Of a DNA stretch of 64,000 nt, positions 1 through 8,566 are shown one piece after another. The translations under genes and the position numbers were made by a program. The notes beneath the pieces are model-generated. The model had not been told where the DNA came from, did not search any database, and worked only from the letters and a program-made list of their open reading frames with translations. Every line of letters begins with the position of its first letter. The stretch's first letter is position 1. This DNA is from a virus: positions 7,014-71,013 of the IMG/VR virus record IMGVR_UViG_3300034110_001068; one strand, written 5' to 3'.

Positions 1-1004
1 GGCCCAGCCTTCGCCAGCATCGGGTCAATGGCGGCAGTCACCGCTGCGCGCAGGGCTTGCATGTCATCGCTGACGGGCACTTCCTGACGGCTGACCGGCG
101 ACGTCGACTGTTGCGCCACCGAGGGTGTCGACGCCAGTTTCACCGGCGTGGTTGCCACGGGCATCGACGCCACCCACTGCGCGACTTTGACCAGCATCGT
201 GTCCTGCACCAGATCGGCCATCGCTTGCGCGGCGGCATTGGTGTCCTTGCCGGTGGTGATCTTCGGCGCATCGGCCTTGCGAATCGCTTCGAGTTGCTGC
301 GACACGTCGGCAATCACGCCTCGGTAGCCTTCCTTGGCGAACGCTTTCAGCTCCTTGATATCGCCGAGCAAACCCTTGAATTCCGCCGCCACTTCCTTGG
401 GCAACTCCTTCACGGCTTTGACCAGTTCGGTGATTTGCCGGTACTGCTCGATCAACGGTTTCAGCTGTTCCTTGATCACGTCATAGACGCCGGTAAGGCT
501 GTTGCGCAGGTTGGTGATACCGATCCGCGCTGCCTTGATCAGCGCCATCGCCTGCTCGAAACGCGCCACCGCCGAACCCAGCAGACCGTCAGCTTTGACC
601 AACAGCACTTTCTGCGTGCTGACCGTTGCCGTCGGAAACGGCAGCGGCTGATCGGGGTAGAACTTCAGGGTAAACGTCACCAGCCCGCCGTCCTGGCGGG
701 TATGGGTCATGTCGCATTCGCCGACCTTGACCTGCAGGCGACCGAGCCACGGATGCACGAGTTCGCCACGGCCCTGCTCCAGCGCCTGGAGCAGCTTGTC
801 GCGCTGCTTCAGGCAATCAGGGCCGATGATGAACGCGGTCAGATCGTGGGTCTTGGCCTGCTGGCCGAGGTCCTCGAAAAACGGCAGGTCGCGTCGCGGG
901 TATTCGTGCAACTGCCCTTTGCGCCCGACCGGTGTCTTCGCCTGGTCGATCCAGAAACCGACACCGCGAAAGGATGCCGGCAATAAACGGTCACGCCAGT
1001 TCAT
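1..1004 (-). CDS. Mu gp43/N-like DNA circularization (tail) protein, truncated by window edge
   Basis: Read manually: ATG at 1004 overlaps tape-measure stop (ATGA); MNWRDRLLPASFRGV..GELVHPWLGRLQV matches prophage homolog 26447-27703. Confidence 0.9.
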   Translation of the reverse strand, partial: MNWRDRLLPASFRGVGFWIDQAKTPVGRKGQLHEYPRRDLPFFEDLGQQAKTHDLTAFIIGPDCLKQRDKLLQALEQGRGELVHPWLGRLQVKVGECDMTHTRQDGGLVTFTLKFYPDQPLPFPTATVSTQKVLLVKADGLLGSAVARFEQAMALIKAARIGITNLRNSLTGVYDVIKEQLKPLIEQYRQITELVKAVKELPKEVAAEFKGLLGDIKELKAFAKEGYRGVIADVSQQLEAIRKADAPKITTGKDTNAAAQAMADLVQDTMLVKVAQWVASMPVATTPVKLASTPSVAQQSTSPVSRQEVPVSDDMQALRAAVTAAIDPMLAKAG

Positions 1005-2542
1005 TGGGTACCTCCCATCGACAGCGAGCGATAGCCGATGCGCGAAGACACGGCCAGGCCCGGTTGATTGGTTTGCGGTTGTTCGGTGCGCAGGCCGGCC
1101 GGTGCATTTTCGAAGCGCACGGTCAGGCCGCCTTCGAGTTGCGTGCGGTTGTTGGCGGCGCTTTGCTGGATGAGGCTGCTCGAAGTTTGCGTCAGAGAAG
1201 TCGAGGACTGTGTCAGCGCCACCATCGGCGCAGGACTTGTGGAAGCGGAATCCGCACTGGAGCCAAAGAATTCTGGCGCCCACTCCCCCTTGCCTTGGGC
1301 ATTGGTTCGTTCCTGCGCGTGGGTAAAGACATCGACCTTGGCCGACGCTTCGGCGGCGAGCTCACCCAGGCCCCCGTTGAAAAATGCCCGGACCGGGGCA
1401 AGCGCCTGGTAAAACTTTTCGCTCCACTTCTCGATCCAGACCGTGACCGAGCCCCAGGCCTGAATGATCAGTTCCAGAGGCGACCAGCCCAACTGCTCGC
1501 GGATCACCGCATACAGGGCGAGCACGGGGAGTTTGATGGAATCGACAAGATCGTGGAAAAAAGCGCCCACCGGTACCGACACCGCTCGGAGCAGATCCCA
1601 GATCGATGCAAAAAGCCCTACCAGAGGCGCCCAGTTCTTCAGAATCAGCGCCTGCGGGGAATACGCAAACAACGTTGCATAAAAGTCGATGACCGGCGCA
1701 GCCAGCGCCTTGAGCACGTTCCACAGCGCCGCAAAGAACGTGCTTACCGGTCCCCAATTGCTGATCAGCATGCCCATCGGAGTGAACCCGAACATCGTGC
1801 GAAAGAAACTGGCCATCGGCATGACGACCGGCGCAATGTCTTGCCACAGTCGAGCAAAAAAAGCCGAGACGGGTTTCCAGTTGGCGACGATCAACCCGGC
1901 CGCCAGCGCAACTGCGGCGGCAAATAGACCGACAGGCGAAGCGAGCAGCGTCAGCACGGCGCTGAAACCGGCAGCCGCTGTTGTCACGAACGTGAACGCC
2001 AGCGCTGCCGCCGCCAGCCCTTCCACCAGTTGCGGGTGATCGGCGACAAATTCACCGACCGAAGTCACCACCGGCACCAGCGCCGTTACCAGTCTATTGA
2101 CGGCGGGTAGCAAAGCCTGCCCGATCTTCAATGAAATGTTGTCGAGGGAGAGGTTGAACTTCGCCAGATTAGTCGAAGTTTCCCCCTTCACTACCGCCGG
2201 CACCTGTGCCGGGACGGGCTTGTTCAACGGTGCAGGAATCAGCGCGTCTTTGCCCAGGGTCGGCACGCTGAGCTTTTTGCTCTTGGTCGCCAGTTCGTCT
2301 TCGGCCTTGATCGCCTTCTTCAGTCCCTCCTGAAAAGGTTTCAGCAAGCCGCCACCGGAAAGGAAACCCGATAAATCGAAGGGCTTGATCGAACTGCTTT
2401 CCAGACTTTTCCTGAACGCCGCCACCTTGCCTCGGACGCCCTTCATTTCAGTGTCCATCTTCTGCAGACCCTGCATCACGACCAGCATGTTCACCGTGGT
2501 CTGCATGTTCTGCTGGAGCGCATTTATTTGTGTCTTCGCCAT
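1001..2542 (-). CDS. tailocin tape measure protein
   Basis: Ala/Leu-rich with periodic W/F; position between chaperone and gp43; C-terminal RFEN..PQTNQPGL shared with prophage tape measure. Confidence 0.85.
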   Translation of the reverse strand: MAKTQINALQQNMQTTVNMLVVMQGLQKMDTEMKGVRGKVAAFRKSLESSSIKPFDLSGFLSGGGLLKPFQEGLKKAIKAEDELATKSKKLSVPTLGKDALIPAPLNKPVPAQVPAVVKGETSTNLAKFNLSLDNISLKIGQALLPAVNRLVTALVPVVTSVGEFVADHPQLVEGLAAAALAFTFVTTAAAGFSAVLTLLASPVGLFAAAVALAAGLIVANWKPVSAFFARLWQDIAPVVMPMASFFRTMFGFTPMGMLISNWGPVSTFFAALWNVLKALAAPVIDFYATLFAYSPQALILKNWAPLVGLFASIWDLLRAVSVPVGAFFHDLVDSIKLPVLALYAVIREQLGWSPLELIIQAWGSVTVWIEKWSEKFYQALAPVRAFFNGGLGELAAEASAKVDVFTHAQERTNAQGKGEWAPEFFGSSADSASTSPAPMVALTQSSTSLTQTSSSLIQQSAANNRTQLEGGLTVRFENAPAGLRTEQPQTNQPGLAVSSRIGYRSLSMGGTQ

Positions 2543-2713
2543 CACTGCACCTGCTGCATCGCATTGATCCGTTGCGCGTGCTCCAGCGATTCGCGGAGCA
2601 CATCCAGTGGCCTGGCCATCATCTGTTCGGGGTCAACCTTCCAGAACCAGGCCAGGTCATAGGCGACGGCGATCAGGTCGGTGATGGCGCCGACGCCGCA
2701 CTCATGAAAAAAC
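2542..2713 (-). CDS. -1 frameshift extension of tail assembly chaperone (G-T / E-E' type)
   Basis: Slippery T TTT TTC at 2706-2712; -1 frame open to TGA at 2542 (FFHECGVGAITDLIAVAYDLAWFW...); same arrangement in prophage. Confidence 0.8.
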
Positions 2714-2969
2714 TTGCGACGGCCCAGCTCAGCGCATTGAGGTCGGCCAGATCCAGCTGGTTGACCGACGACGGCGGAATGCCGGCGCACACGGCGATGT
2801 ATTTGGCCGCCACGTCCATGTCGAGGCTGACTTCTTCGTTCTTGTCGATCTTGTACGGCAGCGCCTTGATCGCTCGCACTTCCTGCACCGTCGGACGGCG
2901 CAGTTCGAGTTCGGTCAGGGGCTCGCCGTGGGCTACGATTGCTACTTGAAGCTTCACGGCGCCGCTCAT
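2673..2969 (-). CDS. tail assembly chaperone (Mu gp41-like)
   Basis: LRRPTV..LDLAD motif; between tube and tape measure. Confidence 0.88.
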   Translation of the reverse strand: MSGAVKLQVAIVAHGEPLTELELRRPTVQEVRAIKALPYKIDKNEEVSLDMDVAAKYIAVCAGIPPSSVNQLDLADLNALSWAVASFFMSAASAPSPT

Positions 2970-3313
2970 TGCCAGGTCCCCTTGATGCCTTCGAATTTCA
3001 ATTCGATGGTGGCGTCATCGCCCTTGGAGACAGGCTCTTCGACCAGATAGGCGCCGGCCAGCACGTAGACTTTGCCGTTGCTGAATTCGCAGGTGACGGT
3101 GATGTCTGTGCCTTCGATCAACTTCTTCAGCGGGAAGTCGGCGGTGTGCAGCGCGGTCACTTTGAACGACGGCGCGATGTCGGTTTCCTTGTAGAAACCG
3201 GGCACGACGGTTTCACGTTTGACGGCCATCAGCGGGGCTTCGCAGCCGCCGTTGATCGTCAGTTGTGCGCCGTCGACCTTGACGTAGCAGGTGCCTGCAA
3301 TCAGTTGACCCAT
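2966..3313 (-). CDS. tail tube protein (Mu gpM-like)
   Basis: MGQLIAGTCYVKVDG; start reassigned to ATG 3313 (SD AGGGAG); 115 aa like prophage tube. Confidence 0.9.
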   Translation of the reverse strand: MGQLIAGTCYVKVDGAQLTINGGCEAPLMAVKRETVVPGFYKETDIAPSFKVTALHTADFPLKKLIEGTDITVTCEFSNGKVYVLAGAYLVEEPVSKGDDATIELKFEGIKGTWQ

Positions 3314-3332
3314 GGTGTTACTCCCTTGAATG

Positions 3333-3355
3333 AAAAAGCCCACACGCGGTGGGCT
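3333..3355 (-). terminator. intrinsic terminator-like hairpin between sheath and tube
   Basis: AGCCCAC/GTGGGCT stem plus T5 on minus strand; equivalent hairpin at 30564-30586. Confidence 0.6.
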
Positions 3356-3380
3356 GAATGCTTGACGGTAAACGCGGATA

Positions 3381-4877
3381 TCAAGCCGCGTCGTCGTACT
3401 GCAGACGGAACTGGTTGAGCAGTGCGAACACACGCAGACCGTTGATGTAATCCGGCGGGAACAGCACGTTCACGCGGCTCGGGTCTTGCACGTCGCGCTC
3501 GACGATCAGGTGCTCGGCGAACAGCTCGGCGTTCTCCACGTGGCCTTCGAGTTCGAGCTTGGCATACTGGGCAATCAGCTCACCGCGAATGGTCGCCGGT
3601 GTAACGATCGGCTGGCCGGCGCCGAAACGGGTGCCGTCGGAGGCCAGTTTGTGCCGTCCGTATTTGCTGGTGATCACGCTTTGCAGACGGCGCACGATGA
3701 ATGCCGACTGGTGCATGGTTTCGCTGTCCAGATAAGAGTTGTCGGCCTGGCCGTAAGCGTTCTTCTGGTAGGTGGTGATCGAACGCTGAATGCGCACGTA
3801 ACCGCCCTCGTAGTAGGCGGTGGCGATCCCGTAGTTGAGCAGCGACTGACGCTCGGTCAGGGTAAAGCGTTCGCTCGCCGGTGCAGGGTCGACACCCGGC
3901 AGGCTGCCACTTTGCGTCGGACGGCTGGCATCGGCGGAGATGAACACAGCCGTGCGCGCAGCCAGCGCGGCGGCCTGCACCCAGAACGGTTGCGGTACGC
4001 CCGGCTCCAGCGCCTGAATGGTCATGTGCTGATCGTTGCGCGCCTGGCCTGCGGCGACCAGGGTGCCGACAGTGCCGCGTTTGGCGCTGTAGACGTGACC
4101 GAACAATTGCTTGGCCCACGACCAGCGCCCGTTGCTGTCATCCATGACCGCTTGCCAGGTGTTGAGGGTGGCCAGATCGGACCACGGCAAGGCGATGAAT
4201 TCGAATGGCTCATCGCCTAGCGCCGCAACGGCAGCGATCTGATCAGGCACGCCAGCGCCGCCGATCATCGCGCTGATCGCAGTGGTCAGGCCAGCCGGGG
4301 TTTCTTCACCGTTGCTCTTGCCCAAACGATTGAATTGCAGGCTGATATCGTTGCCGCTGTCGCCGGTCCATTTGGCGTTCAAGGTGACAATACCTTCGGC
4401 AGCCGCCGCGCTGACAGGCAAATCGGCGCTGGCGTTGATTTTCTGCGCCAGTGCGGTGGCAGCTTGTGCTGCGGTTGCGCCGTTGACCACGGTGGCCTGC
4501 ACCCGCACACCGCCAATATAAAGGTTGAGCATGCCCGCCTGTGTCGCGGTGCCGGTCAGAGTCAGCACGCCCTTGGCAATGGCGCCTTCGGTGTTGTGCA
4601 ATGGCAGGCACCAGATCTCGCCGATCGGGTCAGCCTTGCGGAAGGTCTCGTACATCGAAGCGAGCATCGAACCCTGGCCACCGATGTTCTTCGCCAGCGC
4701 CACGCTGGAAACCAGCACCAGTTTACCGACTTCAGTCGGGGCGATATTGTCGTTGACCTGAGCGACGATCAAACGGCGCATGGCCGAGGTCGCGCTATTG
4801 GCAGCCGAGTTGTCCATTTCGGCATAAAACAGCGGCACACGAATGTCCGCCGGGATGTTGCTGAATCCGATTGCCAT
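3381..4877 (-). CDS. contractile tail sheath (Mu gpL-like)
   Basis: 498 aa, IPADIRVPLFYAEMD..RSITTYQKNAYG..SYLDSET. Confidence 0.95.
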   Translation of the reverse strand: MAIGFSNIPADIRVPLFYAEMDNSAANSATSAMRRLIVAQVNDNIAPTEVGKLVLVSSVALAKNIGGQGSMLASMYETFRKADPIGEIWCLPLHNTEGAIAKGVLTLTGTATQAGMLNLYIGGVRVQATVVNGATAAQAATALAQKINASADLPVSAAAAEGIVTLNAKWTGDSGNDISLQFNRLGKSNGEETPAGLTTAISAMIGGAGVPDQIAAVAALGDEPFEFIALPWSDLATLNTWQAVMDDSNGRWSWAKQLFGHVYSAKRGTVGTLVAAGQARNDQHMTIQALEPGVPQPFWVQAAALAARTAVFISADASRPTQSGSLPGVDPAPASERFTLTERQSLLNYGIATAYYEGGYVRIQRSITTYQKNAYGQADNSYLDSETMHQSAFIVRRLQSVITSKYGRHKLASDGTRFGAGQPIVTPATIRGELIAQYAKLELEGHVENAELFAEHLIVERDVQDPSRVNVLFPPDYINGLRVFALLNQFRLQYDDAA

Positions 4878-5059
4878 TATTTGGCTCCCTGTGGTTTAGC
4901 CGCTTTTGCGGCCTTGAGTGTGATGTCGCCATCGGCCAGACGCCGGCGCCACCAGGCGCTGTCCGGCACGTCACGGCCTGCAGCCGGCAGCAGGTCGCCC
5001 GACTCCGGGTCAGGTACAACACGGCCGGCGGCCGGCACTACGGTGATGCGGTTGCTCAT
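4877..5059 (-). CDS. DUF2635 / Mu gp38-like small tail protein
   Basis: VPDP..WWRRRLADGD motif; ATG 5059 overlaps upstream stop. Confidence 0.85.
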   Translation of the reverse strand: MSNRITVVPAAGRVVPDPESGDLLPAAGRDVPDSAWWRRRLADGDITLKAAKAAKPQGAK

Positions 5060-5640
5060 GGGGTTACGTCTCCAGAGAAAGTCATTTCCACCCGTCCATC
5101 CGGACCCGGGTGTTGCAGGTTGGGGTCGGCCGGATCGATCGCATCGACCCGCACCGTCATCCCGGTAAAGGACGACAAAGCATCCAGTTCGCGCTCGTGC
5201 CAACTCTCCGCAGGCTGCCCTGGCAAATTGCGGCCGAGCTGGAATTGGGCGTAGAACCGCAGCCGATAGAGCACGCGGCTGCTGCTGATCGACACCAGTT
5301 CACCGCCGTCATAAACGATGGCGCTGTAGTTGGAATCGGGCTTGAACCCCACCAGCGCACGCCACAGTTCAGCGCGCAGGTCGTGCAACAGATCCAGCGC
5401 TTTTGTCGCGTCGGCTGCGTCAAGCACGAGGACGATTTCGAAACGGTCGCGGATCGGTTGGGTGGTGAGGTTTTGGCCGCTGCCAGGACTGGCCAGATCG
5501 GCCAGCGGCAATACGTGAGCCGAGGGCGTCGGTAGATCGGAGTTGCCTTGCAGCAACGCCAGATCGACACCCACCGAAACATGATTGGCAAGCCCAGGGC
5601 ATTGCCCACGCAACTGCGTGAGGATCGGGGTGATCTTCAT
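5056..5640 (-). CDS. tail terminator/completion protein (Mu gp37-like)
   Basis: Synteny; homologous to 32303-32893 (LLHDLRAELWRALVG, IDPADPNL..PGPDGR). Confidence 0.8.
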   Translation of the reverse strand: MKITPILTQLRGQCPGLANHVSVGVDLALLQGNSDLPTPSAHVLPLADLASPGSGQNLTTQPIRDRFEIVLVLDAADATKALDLLHDLRAELWRALVGFKPDSNYSAIVYDGGELVSISSSRVLYRLRFYAQFQLGRNLPGQPAESWHERELDALSSFTGMTVRVDAIDPADPNLQHPGPDGRVEMTFSGDVTP

Positions 5641-5800
5641 GGGGGGTGTTCCAGAGTTGGAGGGTATTGACGAAAACTCCGCACCCACTTTGGGTTTTGT
5701 GCGGGGTTCAGGCGTTTGGGGCGCGGCGCGTCGAGTTGGTCAGGCAGCGATCGCTGTTTTCAAAAAATAAATGCCGCTTGGCAGTGGGCAACTCAATATC

Positions 5801-5832
5801 AAACAAAACAGCCCCGAAGTGACTCGGGGCTG
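5801..5832 (-). terminator. intrinsic terminator after llpA
   Basis: CAGCCCCGA/TCGGGGCTG stem followed by TTTTGTTT on minus strand. Confidence 0.7.
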
Positions 5833-5845
5833 ACATCAGAAATAC

Positions 5846-6691
5846 TTAAAACGACCAGATTGGACGCTCGATAAACGGCGTCCATGGTCCGTTATCCCAC
5901 TGGTAAACCCGCTTCGGCAAAATGGTGGGGGTAAAACCGAATCGGGCCCACACCGGTTTCTCGCTGACAATCGAAAAACTGCCGTTAGCCTGTACCTTGG
6001 CCATGGCGCCCGGTTTGCCAGCAGTGCCGGTAAACCACAGTGGCGTATTGTTCGCGTCATAAATAACGAAGTTGCCGTCCTCCTGCATAACTGCACGGGT
6101 GGCACCTTTGTTCTGAGTCCAGCTCGCCCACAGGACACCAAGCGGGCCATTCGAAACCACCAGGTTGCCGTCGGACTGGAAGACTAGAGTCGTTCCCCCC
6201 ACGACATACCGTCGGTCAACTTCGAGCGTGGTACCGGCGGGAATATAGACAGATTCCACCACCGGACTGATCGGGATGGCAGAGTTGCTCGCCCACACCG
6301 GAACGGAGTCAACTACGACGAGGTTGCCGTCATTCTGCAACTGCAGATAGGTGCGAACATAAGCGCCCCAAATGTCATTGTTCAGTGGCGTACTGTTGGC
6401 AGTGCCCCACATCCGTCCGTGAGTCGGATCGTTGAGAAACGCGTAATACATCAGATAGAAATAAATCTTTGATTTATCAATCTGCTTACCCCCGGAGGTA
6501 TACGGTTGACCGGCCGTAGCTACCCAGACAGGAGTGGCACCATCGTAGATCACCAGGTTGCCATCGGCCTGAACATCCAGCTTGAAGCGCTTGTCCGGCG
6601 ATTGAAGATATTGTCCGGCGGACATCTCATGCAGCGGTAGCAAAACCGAACTGCCATTTTCAGTAAACGGATAACGAGGTAGCGATGCCAT
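5846..6691 (-). CDS. llpA: lectin-like bacteriocin (LlpA / putidacin L1 family)
   Basis: 281 aa, two GNA/B-lectin domains with QxDxNxV motifs (QADGNLVIY, QNDGNLVV, QSDGNLVV, QEDGNFVIY) and an aromatic C-terminal extension. Confidence 0.9.
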   Translation of the reverse strand: MASLPRYPFTENGSSVLLPLHEMSAGQYLQSPDKRFKLDVQADGNLVIYDGATPVWVATAGQPYTSGGKQIDKSKIYFYLMYYAFLNDPTHGRMWGTANSTPLNNDIWGAYVRTYLQLQNDGNLVVVDSVPVWASNSAIPISPVVESVYIPAGTTLEVDRRYVVGGTTLVFQSDGNLVVSNGPLGVLWASWTQNKGATRAVMQEDGNFVIYDANNTPLWFTGTAGKPGAMAKVQANGSFSIVSEKPVWARFGFTPTILPKRVYQWDNGPWTPFIERPIWSF

Positions 6692-6716
6692 AGAACTTCA
6701 CCTATTGCTTGATAAG

Positions 6717-6887
6717 TTATTGTTTGCAGTCTGAAGCTGTCAGTTCGCTCACAGGCGGGGTGCCAGGACGTTCAGCCTTGGCATAGTTCAATGTCCTGCA
6801 TCGAGGACATTTGATTTGTACTTGGAATACTGCGTTTACTCGGGCGAGCAAACGGTTGCATTGGCCGCAGCGAAATTCGCTCAACAT
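6717..6887 (-). CDS. Mu Com-family zinc-finger regulator (56 aa, below ORF-track cutoff)
   Basis: Manual translation MLSEFRCGQCNRLLARVNAVFQVQIKCPRCRTLNYAKAERPGTPPVSELTASDCKQ; CxxC..KCPRC signature; SD GGAGGT. Confidence 0.85.
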   Translation of the reverse strand: MLSEFRCGQCNRLLARVNAVFQVQIKCPRCRTLNYAKAERPGTPPVSELTASDCKQ

Positions 6888-6924
6888 GCAATGACCTCCC
6901 TTTCAGATGTGTCGTAATTGCGTA

Positions 6925-7269
6925 TTACTCCTTGTTGGTATTGCCTGACGGTACTTCGCAGACGCCAATGCGCTTGGCCGCCCAGCGTTCGTAAAGGCCA
7001 ATGGCGACATCAGCGCCGGCCATCGCCGTCAGACAGCCAAAGGCTCCAGCCGCCCAGATCGACATGCCGGCCGCATACAGCAGCATGATCGCCGACACTC
7101 CGCAGATCATGCAGGCGCCTGAGCGCAGGGCCAGACGCCGTACCAGTGACCAGCCGCGGGCGCCTTCCTTGTCGGCGCGCCACATTTCGCCAGACACCCC
7201 GCCGACGACGGCCAGGAGGATGACCAGCCAGATCGGCATGTCCGCCAACGCTTGTTGCTCGTTTGTCAT
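6925..7269 (-). CDS. tailocin holin
   Basis: MTNEQQALADMPIW, three hydrophobic segments, SD GGAGG, first gene of operon. Confidence 0.88.
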   Translation of the reverse strand: MTNEQQALADMPIWLVILLAVVGGVSGEMWRADKEGARGWSLVRRLALRSGACMICGVSAIMLLYAAGMSIWAAGAFGCLTAMAGADVAIGLYERWAAKRIGVCEVPSGNTNKE

Positions 7270-7339
7270 GTCACGCCTCCGTGGGTGATTGATGAGTGAT
7301 GGGGTGGATTCAAACGGTTTCGCTTGAGGCAGGCATTCC

Positions 7340-7370
7340 AAAAAGCCCGGCGCTCGCACGCCGGGCCTTT
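7340..7370 (-). terminator. intrinsic terminator inside tailocin leader, upstream of holin
   Basis: GCCCGGCG/CGCCGGGC stem plus TTTTT on minus strand. Confidence 0.75.
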
Positions 7371-7427
7371 GAGTAATGCGCTCCTTCGCCTTCCTTCAAA
7401 TCCTGTGTTCGAGAAGGAAGCTGACTT

Positions 7428-7576
7428 TTCGGCGCTGCTGGCGCGGTACGAGTCCATTCAGATTGTTTTTCCGACCGCGGTCCCTGCCCGCCGGATAACT
7501 GGTTCTGGTGCTTTACGCTGCACACCCGGGTCAGTTGCCAACCCTCTGAACCGTTGAGGCCGGTTCATCGCTGCCT
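7428..7576 (-). ncRNA. conserved structured leader RNA, copy 1 (candidate cis-acting antiterminator)
   Basis: Aligns end to end with 50481-50628 (about 85% by hand) with compensatory stem changes; no credible ORF. Confidence 0.7.
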
Positions 7577-7635
7577 GTTCTTGTGGAACCAAAGAGCTTG
7601 TCTTGCCAGCCGCTTTGTCGAGCGGCTTGGTGGCA

Positions 7636-7708
7636 AGAATATGCATGGATGCATACACAGTCAATGCATAAGTGCATTTATTTATGCATTAAATTTGCGT
7701 ACGTGCAT
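7636..7708 (-). promoter_or_regulatory. tailocin promoter with candidate PrtR operators
   Basis: TTGACT(7664-7659)-17-TATTCT(7641-7636); ATGC-N6-GCAT palindromes at 7641-7654 and 7664-7677, variant at 7695-7708. Confidence 0.65.
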
Positions 7709-7750
7709 GAGAGCCAAGCGGGGCAAGGGTTGGGGAGGTTTCTATAGACG

Positions 7751-7777
7751 AAAAAAAACCTGCCGAGCGGCAGGTTT
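7751..7777 (-). terminator. terminator after prtR-like gene
   Basis: AACCTGCC/GGCAGGTT stem plus T-run. Confidence 0.8.
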
Positions 7778-7795
7778 CTGTTGGATCGAAAGGGG

Positions 7796-8530
7796 TCAGC
7801 GTGCGTACATTCCCCACCAGAAGACATGACCGAGAATGACGATCTGCTCTTCCTGAATTTCCTGGAAGCTGTAGTCCTCATCCGGATGCTCGTCGCGATT
7901 GAAGCTGCGCAGACGAATGCCGGTGGGCAGGCGATAGAGTTGCTTCACGCGCAACTGGCCGTTGTGATTGATCGCATAAAGGTCGCCATCAATGATGTCG
8001 CCAATCCCGCATTTGCCGGCGTTTACGCCGACAGTGGCGCCATCACGCAGAACCGGCAACATGCTGTTGCCACGGACTGTCACGCATTTGGCCTGGTCGA
8101 ATTGCACACCGTTGTGACGCAGGCTGCGCTTGCCGAAACGCAGGCTAGAGCGCTCGCTCTCCTCGATGACGAATCTTCCTGATCCAGCAGCCAATTCAAC
8201 CTCACGTAGAAAGGGCACCGACACCTCGTCATCATCGACTGGCGTGTCGTCATCCCACAGGCTTATGTCCTTGAGTTCGGCATGCACATCTGCGCGCGTG
8301 CCGACGGCCGCTGGCGCGACATCCGCACGCCCGCGCAACTGATCGGTGCTGACGTTGAAATACTCGGCGATCTTCGAGATGTGCTTATCCGAAGGATCGA
8401 CAATTTTCCCGCTGAGAATCCGCGAGAGCGTGGATTGAGGCACGCCGGTGCGACGGTGGAGCTCCGTGGGGGAGATCCCGTGCTGATCGAGCAGTGCTCT
8501 TAAGACGGAGGATACGTTGCGTTTTTGCAT
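7796..8530 (-). CDS. prtR: PrtR-like repressor (XRE HTH + S24 autopeptidase)
   Basis: HTH (QSTLSRILSG), AG cleavage site (LAAGSG), GNSM and VKQL catalytic motifs; start 8530 or 8539. Confidence 0.88.
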   Translation of the reverse strand: MQKRNVSSVLRALLDQHGISPTELHRRTGVPQSTLSRILSGKIVDPSDKHISKIAEYFNVSTDQLRGRADVAPAAVGTRADVHAELKDISLWDDDTPVDDDEVSVPFLREVELAAGSGRFVIEESERSSLRFGKRSLRHNGVQFDQAKCVTVRGNSMLPVLRDGATVGVNAGKCGIGDIIDGDLYAINHNGQLRVKQLYRLPTGIRLRSFNRDEHPDEDYSFQEIQEEQIVILGHVFWWGMYAR

Positions 8531-8566
8531 AACGCGCATAGTGCTTGAAGTTTTTTGCAAAGACAA

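Larger units (their letters stand above)
1..8530 (-). other. R-type tailocin gene cluster (Mu-like tail module), 5' part; continues beyond window start
   Basis: PrtR-like repressor, holin, then tail terminator/sheath/tube/chaperone/tape measure/gp43 with no capsid, portal or terminase in the visible part; lies next to mutS, the established tailocin locus of fluorescens-group pseudomonads. Confidence 0.9.

Noticed and set aside
57-5168. Long plus-strand ORFs over the tailocin genes (e.g. 57-986, 932-1927, 3486-4220)
   Set aside because: Antisense shadows of GC-rich minus-strand genes with no recognisable motifs; the same applies to those over 23000-48000 and to 59393-62029 opposite mutS
7266-7829. 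Short ORFs in the tailocin leader, including a leader-peptide reading from the ATG in GCGATGAA
   Set aside because: Indels between the two homologous copies break frame conservation, and substitutions fit base-pairing better than codons
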